Below are positions 38,116 to 49,119 of a DNA stretch of 49,325 bases, piece after piece. The notes beneath the pieces are model-generated. The model did no database searches. It was not told where the DNA came from and was given only the letters and a program-made list of their open reading frames with translations. Within the stretch, counting starts at the first letter, position 1, and each line of letters starts with the position of its first letter. The DNA comes from Seison nebaliae (taxonomy: Eukaryota), in assembly GCA_023231475.1 (NCBI GenBank), contig JALJEE010000725.1, forward strand, positions 1 through 49,325, read 5' to 3'. The translations under genes were made by a program, and so were the position numbers.

Positions 38116-38764
38116 TTATCTTAATCTCATTTCTTGTACGTCTAATTGTGTAAATATTTGGTCTAATTGTCTTATGGCAATTGTTAAATGATATTCCTTA
38201 TTTTTCAAAATTGAGAAATTCTTTTCAATATCCTTGAATTCTAAAAAAATAAACTTCTTCTTTGATAACTTAAATAAAAGAATAACCTTCTTGTTTGACC
38301 ATTAAATGTTTACGATATTTCATTTCATGCAAATCATTGATTTGATATGACTGAAATTAAAATGAGAGCAATAGTAATGAAAGATGAGATAAATGAAGAA
38401 GAGTGGACGAACAAATACAATATCGTAATCGCAAAGCATTGCTTCCGATTCTAAATAATGTTTGATATATTCTCCTAGTTTGTCTTCAATAAATTTCCCA
38501 CTGATTCTCACATTATGAAATTTAAATGATAAATTAAAAAGAAATTAACTATAATTCAAGATCTGGTTGTTTTTTTATAGATGTTCCTTGATACTCTAAC
38601 AAGTCACTTAAAATTTTCTTCATAATCTGTTGTCATGACAACGAAATGAAAGAGATTTATAAATTGTAGAAAATTTTACGAACTAGATATTTATCTTGGA
38701 TTTTCTGGAGGATGTATTTGACTGTATCAAGATCATAAGTAGACGTATCGACTTCGTTACCCAT
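38116..38764 (-). CDS. Small helical/coiled-coil protein of unknown function (5 exons)
   Basis: Four GT-AG introns give an open product MGNEVDTSTYDLDTVKYILQKIQDKYL...LDVQEMRLR*. Confidence 0.6.
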
Positions 38765-38894
38765 GTTATCCCGTTAAATATTTCGTTATCTATCATGAAA
38801 GTGGATAAATAAAGTTGTGAGGATGATGAAAAGAATAAAAAAAATTTATGAATGAAAATTTTTAATGTTTTAATAATTTAAATATTTTATGAAT

Positions 38895-39269
38895 TTATCG
38901 ATTTTTCAACATTTCTCGAATATAATTCTCTGTATCTTTCTGACGAGCGTCCACTCGTACTATTTGGTCTTTGAAACTAGTAATTAAGTTGGAGAGATTG
39001 TTCTTTTCTTTCGTTAATTGCCTGTCTATCATCTCCTTCTTTACAGGAATATATGAGTGTCCAAATCCTGTGAAGATTTGAGATTTGGATGAGATTTGAG
39101 GCATGAAATCTTCCTGTTTCTTTATCGCGTTGATTTCCCGTTGTGATAATTCTATTTTCTCCTCCAACATCAACTTCTCCATTTTAGTCTTTGTGGCGAG
39201 AGTGTTAAGTTCTCCTAACGCTTTCTTGATTTCTTCATTGCTCACTTTCGATTGAAGTGGAACCGTCAT
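38895..39269 (-). CDS. PFDN1: Prefoldin subunit 1 (beta-type)
   Basis: EIKKALGEL, IFTGFGHSYI hairpin (cf. YEGVGRMFI), C-terminal ENYIREML. Confidence 0.85.
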   Translation of the reverse strand: MTVPLQSKVSNEEIKKALGELNTLATKTKMEKLMLEEKIELSQREINAIKKQEDFMPQISSKSQIFTGFGHSYIPVKKEMIDRQLTKEKNNLSNLITSFKDQIVRVDARQKDTENYIREMLKNR

Positions 39270-39428
39270 TTTCAAGTGTTTCCTTTGCTTTAGATTCCAA
39301 TTTTATTTTTTCATTCAATCCAGTCCAACTTCAACTTTTAGTTATTTGCACAAGAATTTTTTTTGTTTTTGTTTTTTTTTCTTCTATGAAACATTTTTAG
39401 TGAATTAGAGAAATAACTTTAGATTAAA

Positions 39429-41452
39429 ATGCCATTGAATGCCAAATCGGTGCATCGAACGGTGAATAGTTTAATTGATTTAGAGAGTCGATTGACAATA
39501 CGATCGGAAAAGAGTTTACTTGACGATTTTCCCTTGTTCTCCAATTGGCGAGAGGAGTTGACAGAAATGAGAAATCGAAAGACACAACATGAAGAATTGG
39601 CAGCTGAAGAGACGAGATTGAAATTGAATAAACATGAGAAATCGATATTGGAAATTGATCGAATGATTCATAATGAGAAAGTAACGATGAAACAATTATA
39701 TTTGAGATTTCGACTTGATATTAATGCATTGTCATCGAAAGAGAAGGAACGAATAAATATATTGAGAAATCTTTTATTACATCAGAATGAGGATAATATA
39801 AAAATGGATGAATTTACTAGAGATATGAAAAAAGTGGAAGAAATGTTGAAGGATGTTCGACGGAAATATATTATTAAATTACTTGGATATTTTGAATTAG
39901 ATGACGAAGCGAAAGAAATGTGGTTAGAAGATTATGAAGAGGAAGAAGAAGAGACGATCGATTATATTATTCGTTGTGTCCGTTTAGCTCATGAACGTGA
40001 CGACCCTAACATTTATTGTGTGGATTTGAATGGTGAAGTGCGATATCGTCGATTATTGAAATTCTTAATAAAAGGACGTCGAGAAGAGATGAAGGAACAA
40101 GAAATTAAGAAGAAATTATTAGCGAAACGTCGAGAAGAGAAACATCGAATTAATGAAGAACGTCGAATGAAAACTATAAATAAATTATATCAACAAAAAC
40201 AATTTATGGGACAAGCGAGTACTGCCTCATTTTTCCAACTGGTCCGACAACAATCTGTTCATTCTCATCCATCTCTTCCTAAAACGAGAAGAAATAAAAA
40301 AGGAAATTCAAAAAAAAGACGAAAATCTAAAAGGAGATTATCAGCGAAAGATAATCATCATTCCATCAGTCGATCCTTATCTCATTCGAGACGAGAACAA
40401 ACAAAAATTACATCAATGGGAGGTAGTGGTGGTGCACAAACAGGAAGTAACATAACTCTTCAATTATATGATGATGAATATGATTATTTTTATGAGGAGG
40501 ATGAAGAAGCGAAAAATAAAGTGGAGGAAAAAATTGAAGAAAAAGATCGAGGTGATGAAATTAAATCTGGAGATGATGATAATAAATCATATCGATATAC
40601 CGTATCAGAAGCTGAAGAATTAATAAAAAAACAAGTGAAAAGAGAAGAAGTGAGGAAGATATTAGTGAATATTACGAACGATTATTCACATGGAAAGAAA
40701 ACACATAAAACAGGCGAAGAAGATGGTGATGAAGATGATTTGGATGAGGAACAATTAAAAGCGAAAGAACGAGCGAGAATCATGGAAGTTCTCGGTGATA
40801 TTCCCGTGAAATTGGAAGATAATATTATTAATTTTTGGAATAATTCTATCATCGAACCAGATATTACGAGTGGAGAAGAATATCTTACTGACAAAGCATA
40901 TTTATTTCGAATGAAATTTTGTTAGAAAAATAATTTTCATTTTCATTTTCTCATTCTCATTTACAGACGAATTTTATGAACGTATTAGAACACATATTCC
41001 ACAAACATTCGAGAATAATCGAGTGGAATTCAAACGTCGATTTAATATGTTAGTTATATAAATTCGAAAATACATTTATGGAATTAAGCCGAAAATTTAA
41101 AATTAGAAAAAATTTTAAATTAATTTCATTTATTTTTTCAAAAAATTTCAATTTATTTAATTTATTTAAATATTTATTTATTTCATTTTCCCATAGATCA
41201 ACTCCTCGAATCCAGAATGAAATCGAAGAAATCGATGCTGTCCGAACTGTCAAATCATCATTGAGTTATGAACATATGAGAGAGTTGTTACATATACCTG
41301 TGTCGAGAGGATTGGACGAGAAGGAACTTTTTGATTGTATCGATTATCTCAAACATCAAACGGATAAGACGACGGAAGATTATTTGATGTTAAAGAAATT
41401 GAGAGAAGAATATAATCAAGTTCATGAGGAGCGCATGAAGAACATTATATGA
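39429..41452 (+). CDS. Large charged coiled-coil protein of unknown function (3 exons)
   Basis: The 498-aa ORF splices through an exon at about 40967-41048 to the tail of ORF 41078..41452; E/K/R-rich helical composition and a basic NLS-like patch. Confidence 0.7.
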
Positions 41453-41509
41453 AATTATGTAAATTTTTTTATAATAAAATAATTCGTTTTTTAAATTTTT
41501 TTTCCCAGA

Positions 41510-42304
41510 ATGAAACCGAAAACTTATTTAGATTTTGTTTCATTTCCGTTAAAGTCAGAGAGGAAAGGAAATAAAGAATGGTTCAATGCAGAAAGCAAAA
41601 CAGCGAGTGGAGTAAGTGGAATTTTTAAGGAATATCTTCAAAAATTATCTTGTGGCCGAATGAAAAATGTAGCGAAGAAAATTCGGAAGAATCTTTCCGA
41701 AGAGAAAATTGTAAAAAAGAAAGAAGAGAAGAATAAGAGAATTTTTATAAGAAATTCCTGTTTTGCTATCGGTTACAATGAAACGATGAAAGCTATAGAA
41801 AAGAATGAAAATTTATTAATGGTTTTCGCCGATCTCCAATACGTCGCCTCAAATATGGACCGAACAAGAAATGATATTCTGTGTACTATGTTGAAGAATT
41901 CGTTAGTTACAAGTCCCGAAAATGTGAAATTTCATTTGGTTATGTCACTCTCTACTACACTCGTTCATCATCTTAACTTACCTAAAAATATTCGATTCAT
42001 CGGCATTAGGATACCTAATGAAAACTTTGAAATTTATCCGATTTTTAAGAACTTCATTTTTTCATTAAATCGTCTGACAAGTGAGTCGTTTTATTTCGAC
42101 CAATTATCATTCATGAACGAGAAACCGAATGATATTACGTTGGAAACACCATCGCCAAAATCGGAACGACTGGTAAAGAAATCGACAAGAAGTTCAAGGA
42201 AGAAGAAACAATTAACTGAGTTATTGAATGTCAGTTTAACAGATAATTCCATTATCACCATGACACCAAAACGATCGATGAAGAAGATAAAAAAACGATT
42301 TTAA
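41510..42304 (+). CDS. L7Ae-fold protein, RNase P/MRP subunit RPP38-like
   Basis: FAIGYNETMKAIEK..LLMVF resembles RPP38 LAIGVNEVTRALER..LLVL; size and basic C-terminus (TPKRSMKKIKK) fit. Confidence 0.55.
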   Translation: MKPKTYLDFVSFPLKSERKGNKEWFNAESKTASGVSGIFKEYLQKLSCGRMKNVAKKIRKNLSEEKIVKKKEEKNKRIFIRNSCFAIGYNETMKAIEKNENLLMVFADLQYVASNMDRTRNDILCTMLKNSLVTSPENVKFHLVMSLSTTLVHHLNLPKNIRFIGIRIPNENFEIYPIFKNFIFSLNRLTSESFYFDQLSFMNEKPNDITLETPSPKSERLVKKSTRSSRKKKQLTELLNVSLTDNSIITMTPKRSMKKIKKRF

Positions 42305-42400
42305 CAATTTTTTTTGTGTACAGAGTTAAATAAATTTTGCGTTGATTTTAATTCATGGCCGATGATGAAATGACCTGAAGGGCAGTGAAGAAATGTCCTA

Positions 42401-42737
42401 ATTAAATATTATAAGTCTATTAAAATCAAATTTATTTAAATAAAGAAACTCAATATAAGAGAAGAAATTTTTAAACTTAACTTATTTTTCTTTCAATTTT
42501 ACTATTCTAATAATGATGGTGAATTGGAAAGAGATTAAAGATGAAGCTTTAGTTTGTTATTTAGCTTTAGATGAAGATAAAATTTTTATATTAGAATAAA
42601 ATAAAATTATTAAATAACAGACTAAAGCTTCATCTTTAATCTCTTTCCAATTCACCATCATTTCTTCTCTTATATTTATTATTTATATGTAAATTTTTTT
42701 CTTTATATAAATAAATTTGATTTTATAATATTTTAAT
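42401..42737. repeat. Nested inverted repeat / foldback with a 52-bp core stem
   Basis: 42512-42563 is the reverse complement of 42611-42662 with 1 mismatch; outer arms are 42452-42467/42661-42676 and 42421-42448/42698-42725. Confidence 0.95.
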
Positions 42738-42744
42738 AAGTTTC

Positions 42745-43164
42745 ATGGAGGACAATTGCTTGTTTTGTTCGTTCGTGTCGAAGAAGGAGAATGTGGACAT
42801 TCTGCATGAGAATGAAGAATGTATTTTGATTGAGGATCACAAACCTGCATCAACACATCATTATTTGGCGATAAGCAAGAGACATATAAAAAATACGAAT
42901 TCACTTACAGATAATAATGAGGACAAGTGTTTAATCGAAAAAATGGAAGAATTATCCCGAAATTATTTGGGAAATAAAGTTGAAATTGACGAGAATGAAT
43001 TACTCACAGGATTCCATCGTCCACCATTTACCTCTATCAATCATTTACATTTACATACGATTTATCCTTCAAGAGAAATGTCTTTTTTTTCTCGATTGAT
43101 TTTCCCGTCTATTAATCGTCGATGGTTTTCTCATTTGTCATTAATTCGAAAGATATTCCATTAA
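42745..43164 (+). CDS. HINT3: Histidine triad nucleotide-binding protein 3
   Basis: CLFC, DHKPASTHHYLAISKRHI and GFHRPPFTSINHLHLH (HIT motif in HINT3 context). Confidence 0.9.
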   Translation: MEDNCLFCSFVSKKENVDILHENEECILIEDHKPASTHHYLAISKRHIKNTNSLTDNNEDKCLIEKMEELSRNYLGNKVEIDENELLTGFHRPPFTSINHLHLHTIYPSREMSFFSRLIFPSINRRWFSHLSLIRKIFH

Positions 43165-43210
43165 AATATATATTAAATTTAAAAATAAATTCTTTTTCAA
43201 TTCACAGAAA

Positions 43211-43876
43211 ATGCATCTAAATTGTGATGGAAAAGATATGAATAAAAATTTTACAAATTACAAATTATATCAAATATTTACGGAAGGTGGGAAACTTATG
43301 AGTGAATTATCACAACAAATTATGTATCTTTTCCAATATGATTCCGATATACAGGAAGATACTCAAGTGACGAACAAAACGAGATTTTCCGGAATCGAAG
43401 GTGGTCCATGGAAACGATCAGAAATTACCAGATTGATGGAAGCCATTCGACGATATGGCACTTCAAATTTGCAAGATATTGCTAATTATGTTCAAACGAG
43501 AAATATTAAACAAGTTCATGGTCATATTAAACGTCTCGATTTGTTTGATGTACCTGAATTACCGAAGAAAAAATATTATATCAGTGTGTCGGAAAGGAAA
43601 GCTTTAGGCCTTAAATCTTTTCCTTCGAAACCTCCACTACAACATCCCCAATATCGAGAACAAATCTCTGGTGGAATGGAGAGGGGAATGAATGAGAATA
43701 ATAATGAATATTATGAACAAAATCGAATGATGAGGGATATATATGGAAATCATTCGAAAGAAATGGAGTATATTCAACATCCAATTTCTTCTCCAAATAT
43801 TAGTCGAAAAAGAAGACAAATCGATTCTCTTCCTCCTCAACCAATTTATTCACCAAATAATAATTTCGATTATTGA
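43211..43876 (+). CDS. SANT/Myb-domain chromatin complex subunit, BAP18 (C17orf49)-like; start may be 43238
   Basis: KLYQIFTEGGKLMSELSQQIMYL resembles BAP18 KVGEIFSAAGAAFTKLGELTMQL, followed by SANT-like W..SEI..L..AIRRYG...IA..VQTR...QV. Confidence 0.7.
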   Translation: MHLNCDGKDMNKNFTNYKLYQIFTEGGKLMSELSQQIMYLFQYDSDIQEDTQVTNKTRFSGIEGGPWKRSEITRLMEAIRRYGTSNLQDIANYVQTRNIKQVHGHIKRLDLFDVPELPKKKYYISVSERKALGLKSFPSKPPLQHPQYREQISGGMERGMNENNNEYYEQNRMMRDIYGNHSKEMEYIQHPISSPNISRKRRQIDSLPPQPIYSPNNNFDY

Positions 43877-44257
43877 GTAATTTCTTTTTCTGAATATGTA
43901 TCATTTAATGTCCCTCAAAAATTATTCAAAACTTTTACTTTTATTGCAATTTTTATTTCAAATCACTAATTGTATATTTCTACTCTTTCATTACCGATAT
44001 TCTATCCAAATAATTATCATATAATTAATTATTAATATTATTTTAGTTTCTATGTTTGATTATTTTCTAACTGGAAAGCAAAAAATAAATAATTATTCTA
44101 AAAACAATTTTATGAAAACTTTTTTTTTTAAATTATGATGGATAGACTACATATATAAGATCTACAAAAAGAAAGTAAAAAAGAGGAAAAAAATATTGAT
44201 AAAATATTTTTCGATATTCTTCCCAAATTGTTAAACGAACGAATAATTGACAAATTA

Positions 44258-45275
44258 TTACAAAAGGTCATGCAAAGTATAGCCCGTTATTACGACATGA
44301 GTTGCTACTCTCATATAAGATCCTGAAAAAAAAATATAAATATACAAATATTATATCGTTTGGAACTTTTATGCGCACTGTTCATTTGATAACCAATAAC
44401 AGGAAGATGTTTTCTTAGACATATAAGATTGTAAAGAATAGCCGTATTTCTTGAACAAGTTTCATAGATGGTCATTGCAAAATTCTCTTTCTCTTTTTTT
44501 ACACTTATGAACATATTTGTCACATCCGCTATCGAATAAGAACTATAAAGATACTCTGTGAAATTATTTCGTACATTTCAAAAAGTTAACTATTGTAATT
44601 GTAGCAGATTTGATTCCAATGCATTCTTTACATTCATATCAACCGGATAAAAAACTCTAGCTCGATTCAAGTTACTGTTGGAGAACCAAGATAGAGTATT
44701 AGGAGGATTATTATTATTTTCAAATCTCAATTCTATCACTACTTTTCCATCGTCATAAATTTCATAAAGAATCTGTAAATAAATTAGTATTAATCATTTT
44801 AAAAAATTCAAAAGGAAACCTCTTGGTATAAAGTAGATGTAAATGAACTATGAAAATAGTGATCCATCGAAGTTGATACGATAGTTAAATCATTTGGTGG
44901 TGGATTAATTGTATATTTTGATTCATCATATATCTCACTTCCAACTCGACGGCCATTGCCACCCACCAGTATCCCTATAACTTTCTCGGTTTTTATTCTC
45001 GGCAAAATACTTGTGCATGATATCATATCAATATATGCAATAGTTTCTATTATCAAATGACAAGCAACTTGAAAGCCTTCGTCCTTCTTTGATTTCTTTT
45101 CTACGATTGCCAATATTTTCAATTTGGTTCTATCAATTCTCTCAATATATAACATGCCATCCTTGAACATGGTATTCTTAATCTTTATATCATCTGTTAT
45201 TTGTCTAATCGACGACTTCACTTTTAGTCCACTCAAACAGTTAAGTAGTAATAAGCATGCGAAACAAAGAAACAT
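44258..45275 (-). CDS. Secreted protein of unknown function (4 exons)
   Basis: Signal peptide MFLCFACLLLLNCLSG; three GT-AG introns link ORF 44808..45275, an exon ILYEIYDDGKVVIELRF...SWFSNSNL, ORF 44311..44523 and a last exon ending ...TGYTLHDLL*. Confidence 0.6.
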
Positions 45276-45733
45276 CGTTCGCGAAAGTTTTAAAATTTTT
45301 TATAAGAAAGTTTGTGGAGTAACTAAATAAAATATTTTATTTAACTTCGGACTAATCGATTAATTTAATGCATAAATTGTAATCAGCCTCATGAAGTTTA
45401 GCACTCAAATTAATAAAAACACTAATTATAAAGGTAGTTTTCGGTCATTCTTTCCTATCCGGACATAATTTACAGGTAGACGAATTTAGAAGGAAACATA
45501 TTTTTAACGGGAAACATTTCAACATCTAATATATAACTAAAATGCCATCTTGGGAATTTTTGATAATTACTCATTTCAGTAAATATTATTCTCGAAAGGA
45601 AATGATGTTAAAGAAAATTTAAATATGAAAAGTTAAAAAAAACAGAAATTTGATTTGAAAGAGAACATAGAATAGAATTCCAGTTTTTATTCGTCATCCT
45701 CCAGAATGGCAATCAAATAAAAGAAATCGTGTG

Positions 45734-46033
45734 TCATAATCGTCCTCTTGGTGGGATTAATGTGAGTTTATCTCCGAATTCACCCCAATCGACACGCTTT
45801 TTTTGGAAAACTATTATCCAAGTAGTTAAAGCAATCATTGAAATTATGAATCCGATAGCACTGGAGATAACATAACGACGAATTTGAGGATCACGTCTTG
45901 ATTTTCCAAAAGCATATGAACCGAACCAAAAACAATTAATGAGCCACACTAATGGTAGAGCGGCACATCCTATGTAAAAATATTTTTGACACAATTTCCT
46001 TCGATCGTTTTCACTAATTTTATCTAATTTCAT
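45734..46033 (-). CDS. PSENEN: Gamma-secretase subunit PEN-2 (99 aa, start at the internal ATG 46033)
   Basis: MKLDKIS...KLCQKYFYIGCAALPLVWLINCFWF...QIRRYVISSAIG...WIIVFQKKRVDWGEFGDKL..IPPRG. Confidence 0.95.
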   Translation of the reverse strand: MKLDKISENDRRKLCQKYFYIGCAALPLVWLINCFWFGSYAFGKSRRDPQIRRYVISSAIGFIISMIALTTWIIVFQKKRVDWGEFGDKLTLIPPRGRL

Positions 46034-46239
46034 TGTCCCATATATTTTCCGACGAAATCGGACTAATTTAATCAACAAATCTATCATTTTTAATCTTAAG
46101 TTAATACATACATCGTTTATTACAACACGAGAAAAGCCAAATAAATTTCTAAGAAACAAGCTTCATCTTGTCGTTATTCATAAAATTCAATTTTGTATAA
46201 ATATGGAAACTAATTAAAATATGACTAATTATTAAACTA

Positions 46240-46810
46240 ATTCCTGTTCCAACTCTATTCCGCATTCCTCTCTTCCAGCTGAGTCCTTCGCTGAGTATTT
46301 TGGTGCATATAGGTACCGCACTTCATTCGATTACTACGATTGTTCCAATCTTAACTCTCAATTCGATGATTTTTTTCCTCAAGAAATTTTTGAATCTATC
46401 CTGAGGCTCTCCTTGTTCGTTCAACCATTTCTATTAAGGGGAAAATAAATTGTCCTTAAATCTCCTTTTCCTCGAAGCTTCCAAGGCATTTGATTCTGTC
46501 AATGTTTCCTTCGCTCTGACTATCTTCAGCGTCAATGCGTACAGTGTTCGATCATTAAGTTCTTCGTTCATCTTTCTCATAATTCCTCTGGGTGTGTAGT
46601 TCATGGATGAGGGTGGTTATAAAACGATACAAGATGAGATTCGGGATGGAAGTTTAATACAGCTGTATTCAAAAGTAATCAGACAAAATTCGATATTGTT
46701 TAAATGCTCATAACTTTCTTCTAATAGCATTATATGCTTTCAACCAACTCGCACCGATGAATTGATTTGAGATGTATCTTCTACATCTTATAGCGAGAAC
46801 AAATTGATTA
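46240..46810 (-). mobile_element. Possible decayed DDE integrase C-terminal half
   Basis: Interrupted frames give LVES..NAIRRKL, LVSFYNHPH..YTP and VKIGTIVVI in the order of the rve integrase motifs VER.N.T, YN...H....TP and F..GD.V. Confidence 0.35.
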
Positions 46811-47266
46811 TTTTGGTCAAATAAGCTTCAAATCAAACTCTTTGGTCAAATACATCAAAATCATAAATATTTTTAAATACCTTCAACTTTTTTCTTATTT
46901 AAAATTCGATAAAAATGAATTGATATTATGAAAGAACACATTTTTTTAAACCTAAAAAAGTATTTTAAAAGGAATTTACATATTAGGAAAATGATTTAAG
47001 GTAAGACTGATAAAAACAAGCTTAGTACGAAGTGTTTCATCTTGCCCAATATGACGGTAATGATGATAACTAAGATGACCATAAATAAATAAAGAATATA
47101 TAATTATTTCACCTACTAACTCCAACGATGAGAGGAGGTACTAATTCAAAGAGGTATGTCCGACTTTTAGTAGGAAGTGGGAAGCTACGAAATGACAAAC
47201 TACGAGGGCAGAAAGTATGAAGTGGGGAAGTATATCATTAGATAATTAAAAATTTCAAAATTTTTA

Positions 47267-47338
47267 CGACCCCGACGTGATTCGAACACGCAACCTTTCG
47301 ATCTGGAGTCGAACGCGCTACCATTGCGCCACGGAGTC
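47267..47338 (-). tRNA. tRNA-Trp (CCA)
   Basis: GACTCCGTGGCGCAATGGTAGCGCGTTCGACTCCAGATCGAAAGGTTGCGTGTTCGAATCACGTCGGGGTCG: full cloverleaf, anticodon CCA, A/B boxes, downstream T-run terminator. Confidence 0.97.
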
Positions 47339-47399
47339 ATAATAGAAATTAGAAATTCAAATATTAAAAGATGACACTGTACAATAAGTGTGTTCAAAA

Positions 47400-48163
47400 T
47401 TCAGAACCATAGTTTATTTTTGTGCACATTATAGATGTGTAATGTGTAACGATTCGAAATCTAAAATTCTCACGAATATTCTACATTTTTCCGCTCGTAG
47501 TGAGTTAAAAAAATTGGTGTTAAAAGAGATTGAATTTCTGGGATGTGTGATAGATAACAGGAAAAAGTCGTCGACATTAAAAGATAAGATCCGTTGTAAA
47601 TTTCTTCGAATGTTTTATTCATTTCATCACAAGTGCAAATACTTTTCGATTTGTTTGAAACTTCGTCTCTTTGTGACTTTTTGTTGTGACTTTTATGGTC
47701 TCGCCATCTCCTTATCAAGCACGCGCAAATCGTTACTTTGTCTTGATCGAGCATATAACCGAGCGGTACGTATGTTACTCGGATGCGGAAAGCCTTTCAA
47801 TAGAGCCTTTATGTTCTGCATCAGTAGGCTGAAACCCTTACTACTTCTCTTAGCGGAAAGATACTTGAGAATACTTGATTCTATCCGTATCTCAGAAATC
47901 TGCATTCCGTCTTTCGATCAATGTGAAGATTTTTTCTCGCCGTTAAAATTTTTTTGTGAATATTACACTCTGGAAACCCCTATTTCCATTACCAACTTCC
48001 GTACTATGATGTCGAATTTTAAAATCATATCTTATTTGCCGGATCTCTTACGCTCAAAAATAGATCAAGCTAAATCATTCATTTCCGATGATTCACCTAG
48101 TGAATTATCCGTTTTCTTATTTTATTTACCCCGCGGGGATTTGTTGTTATAATAAAAAAAAAA
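47400..48163 (+). mobile_element. 5'-truncated non-LTR retrotransposon (RT C-terminal/thumb region plus AATAAA and A-tail); left edge approximate
   Basis: EIEFLGCVI, LKLRLFVTFCCDFYG and AYNRAVRMLLG match the LINE RT C-terminal pattern; the stop at 48152 runs straight into AATAAAAAAAAAA. Confidence 0.75.
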
Positions 48164-48199
48164 TTCAATGAAAAGTGAAGGAAAAAGAAAAATGGTAAA

Positions 48200-49119
48200 A
48201 AATGAGTGATCAAGGTACAGGTACATCCGATCAAGTCTGTCCACTCGTACAGAATAATAATCCTGACTCTGACTCTCTATCGGACTCTTAACGTCGCATT
48301 CTACCACATCCATTGGGTGGTTTGAGCATTTTTTTCGATATTGAGTTGCGATATATTTATTTCGGTATTAGGATTGTCGACATTTTTCGCATTTCCGAAT
48401 GGTGTTTTTGATATGCTTCTTCAGATTGGGATGATAATGTATTCACCTACGGCGTTTTTTTAATACCTGGCATTGTTAACAATAAATGGCATAATGTGGT
48501 TCGGCAGGACGATTCGTAGATTTGATTTATGTTTTGTTAATGGAAAGTTTTCGTTTTTTCGGTACACAATCTCGTTGATGATTTCAAATTTATTTGAACT
48601 TTTAACTGATTCTATGAAACTGCAATTCGATTGTTCTCCGATTAATCGGTTTCTAGTGTAATCGATTGATAAAGATCGATTAAGACATCTTCTCCGATAA
48701 TCGCATCATGTTGAATATTATCAAGAACCGTAAAACTAATCGTGATTGTGAAATCACTGTTCAACTGGAAGTTCACAAAAATCTTCTCTTTAGCCGTCAT
48801 TCTTGTTCCTGATATCCCCCAAAGATTTCATTACACTCCATTAATTGGATTGGATTAATTTTGCGTCGGCATTTTGAAGACATTAGCGATTTCTCCACAC
48901 TTGAATCAAGCAGCACTCTGATGTTAACGTCCTGGATTAATGCGTAAATGAAGGATAGTCCATTTTCAGACTTTACGTTTGAAATTGGTAAGATGTCTGA
49001 TTCTTCTAACTAGGAGAAGTCAAGGTGTGACCTTGAAATTTTAAAAAAGTAAAATATGTAAAAGTATCAGCATTATTTTATCATTCAATTGATACCCTCA
49101 AATTCGGCGGCCGGCACCA
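48200..49119 (-). mobile_element. Decayed Ty3/Gypsy-like LTR element relic: PBS, aspartic protease, integrase N-terminus
   Basis: Protease-like VLLDSSVEKSLMS...DAIIGEDVL (about 48680-49000); zinc-domain remnant PGIKKT...HPNLKKHIKNTIRKCEKC; core start PMDVVECDVKSP...VDRL; frameshifts and stops throughout. Confidence 0.75.
49098..49119 (-). other. Probable tRNA primer-binding site (TGGTGCCGGCCGCCGAATTTGA)
   Basis: The plus strand reads TCAAAT-TCGGC-GGCCGGC-A-CCA (T-loop, T-stem, acceptor strand, discriminator, CCA). It is a GC island in AT-rich DNA, upstream of and co-oriented with the protease relic. Confidence 0.65.

Noticed and set aside
38560..38640. Apparent in-frame TGA (MTTDYEENFK*LVRV) as a selenoprotein near EEFSEC
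   Set aside because: Wrong frame; the spliced 38764-38116 gene reads through this exon without a stop, and I saw no SECIS.
41510..42304. L7Ae protein as SECIS-binding protein 2, making a Sec gene cluster
   Set aside because: Too short, lacks recognisable SBP2 motifs, and fits RPP38 better.
46034..46159. 42-aa N-terminal extension of PEN-2 in the ORF track
   Set aside because: Begins at a non-ATG codon; the ATG at 46033 gives the canonical length.
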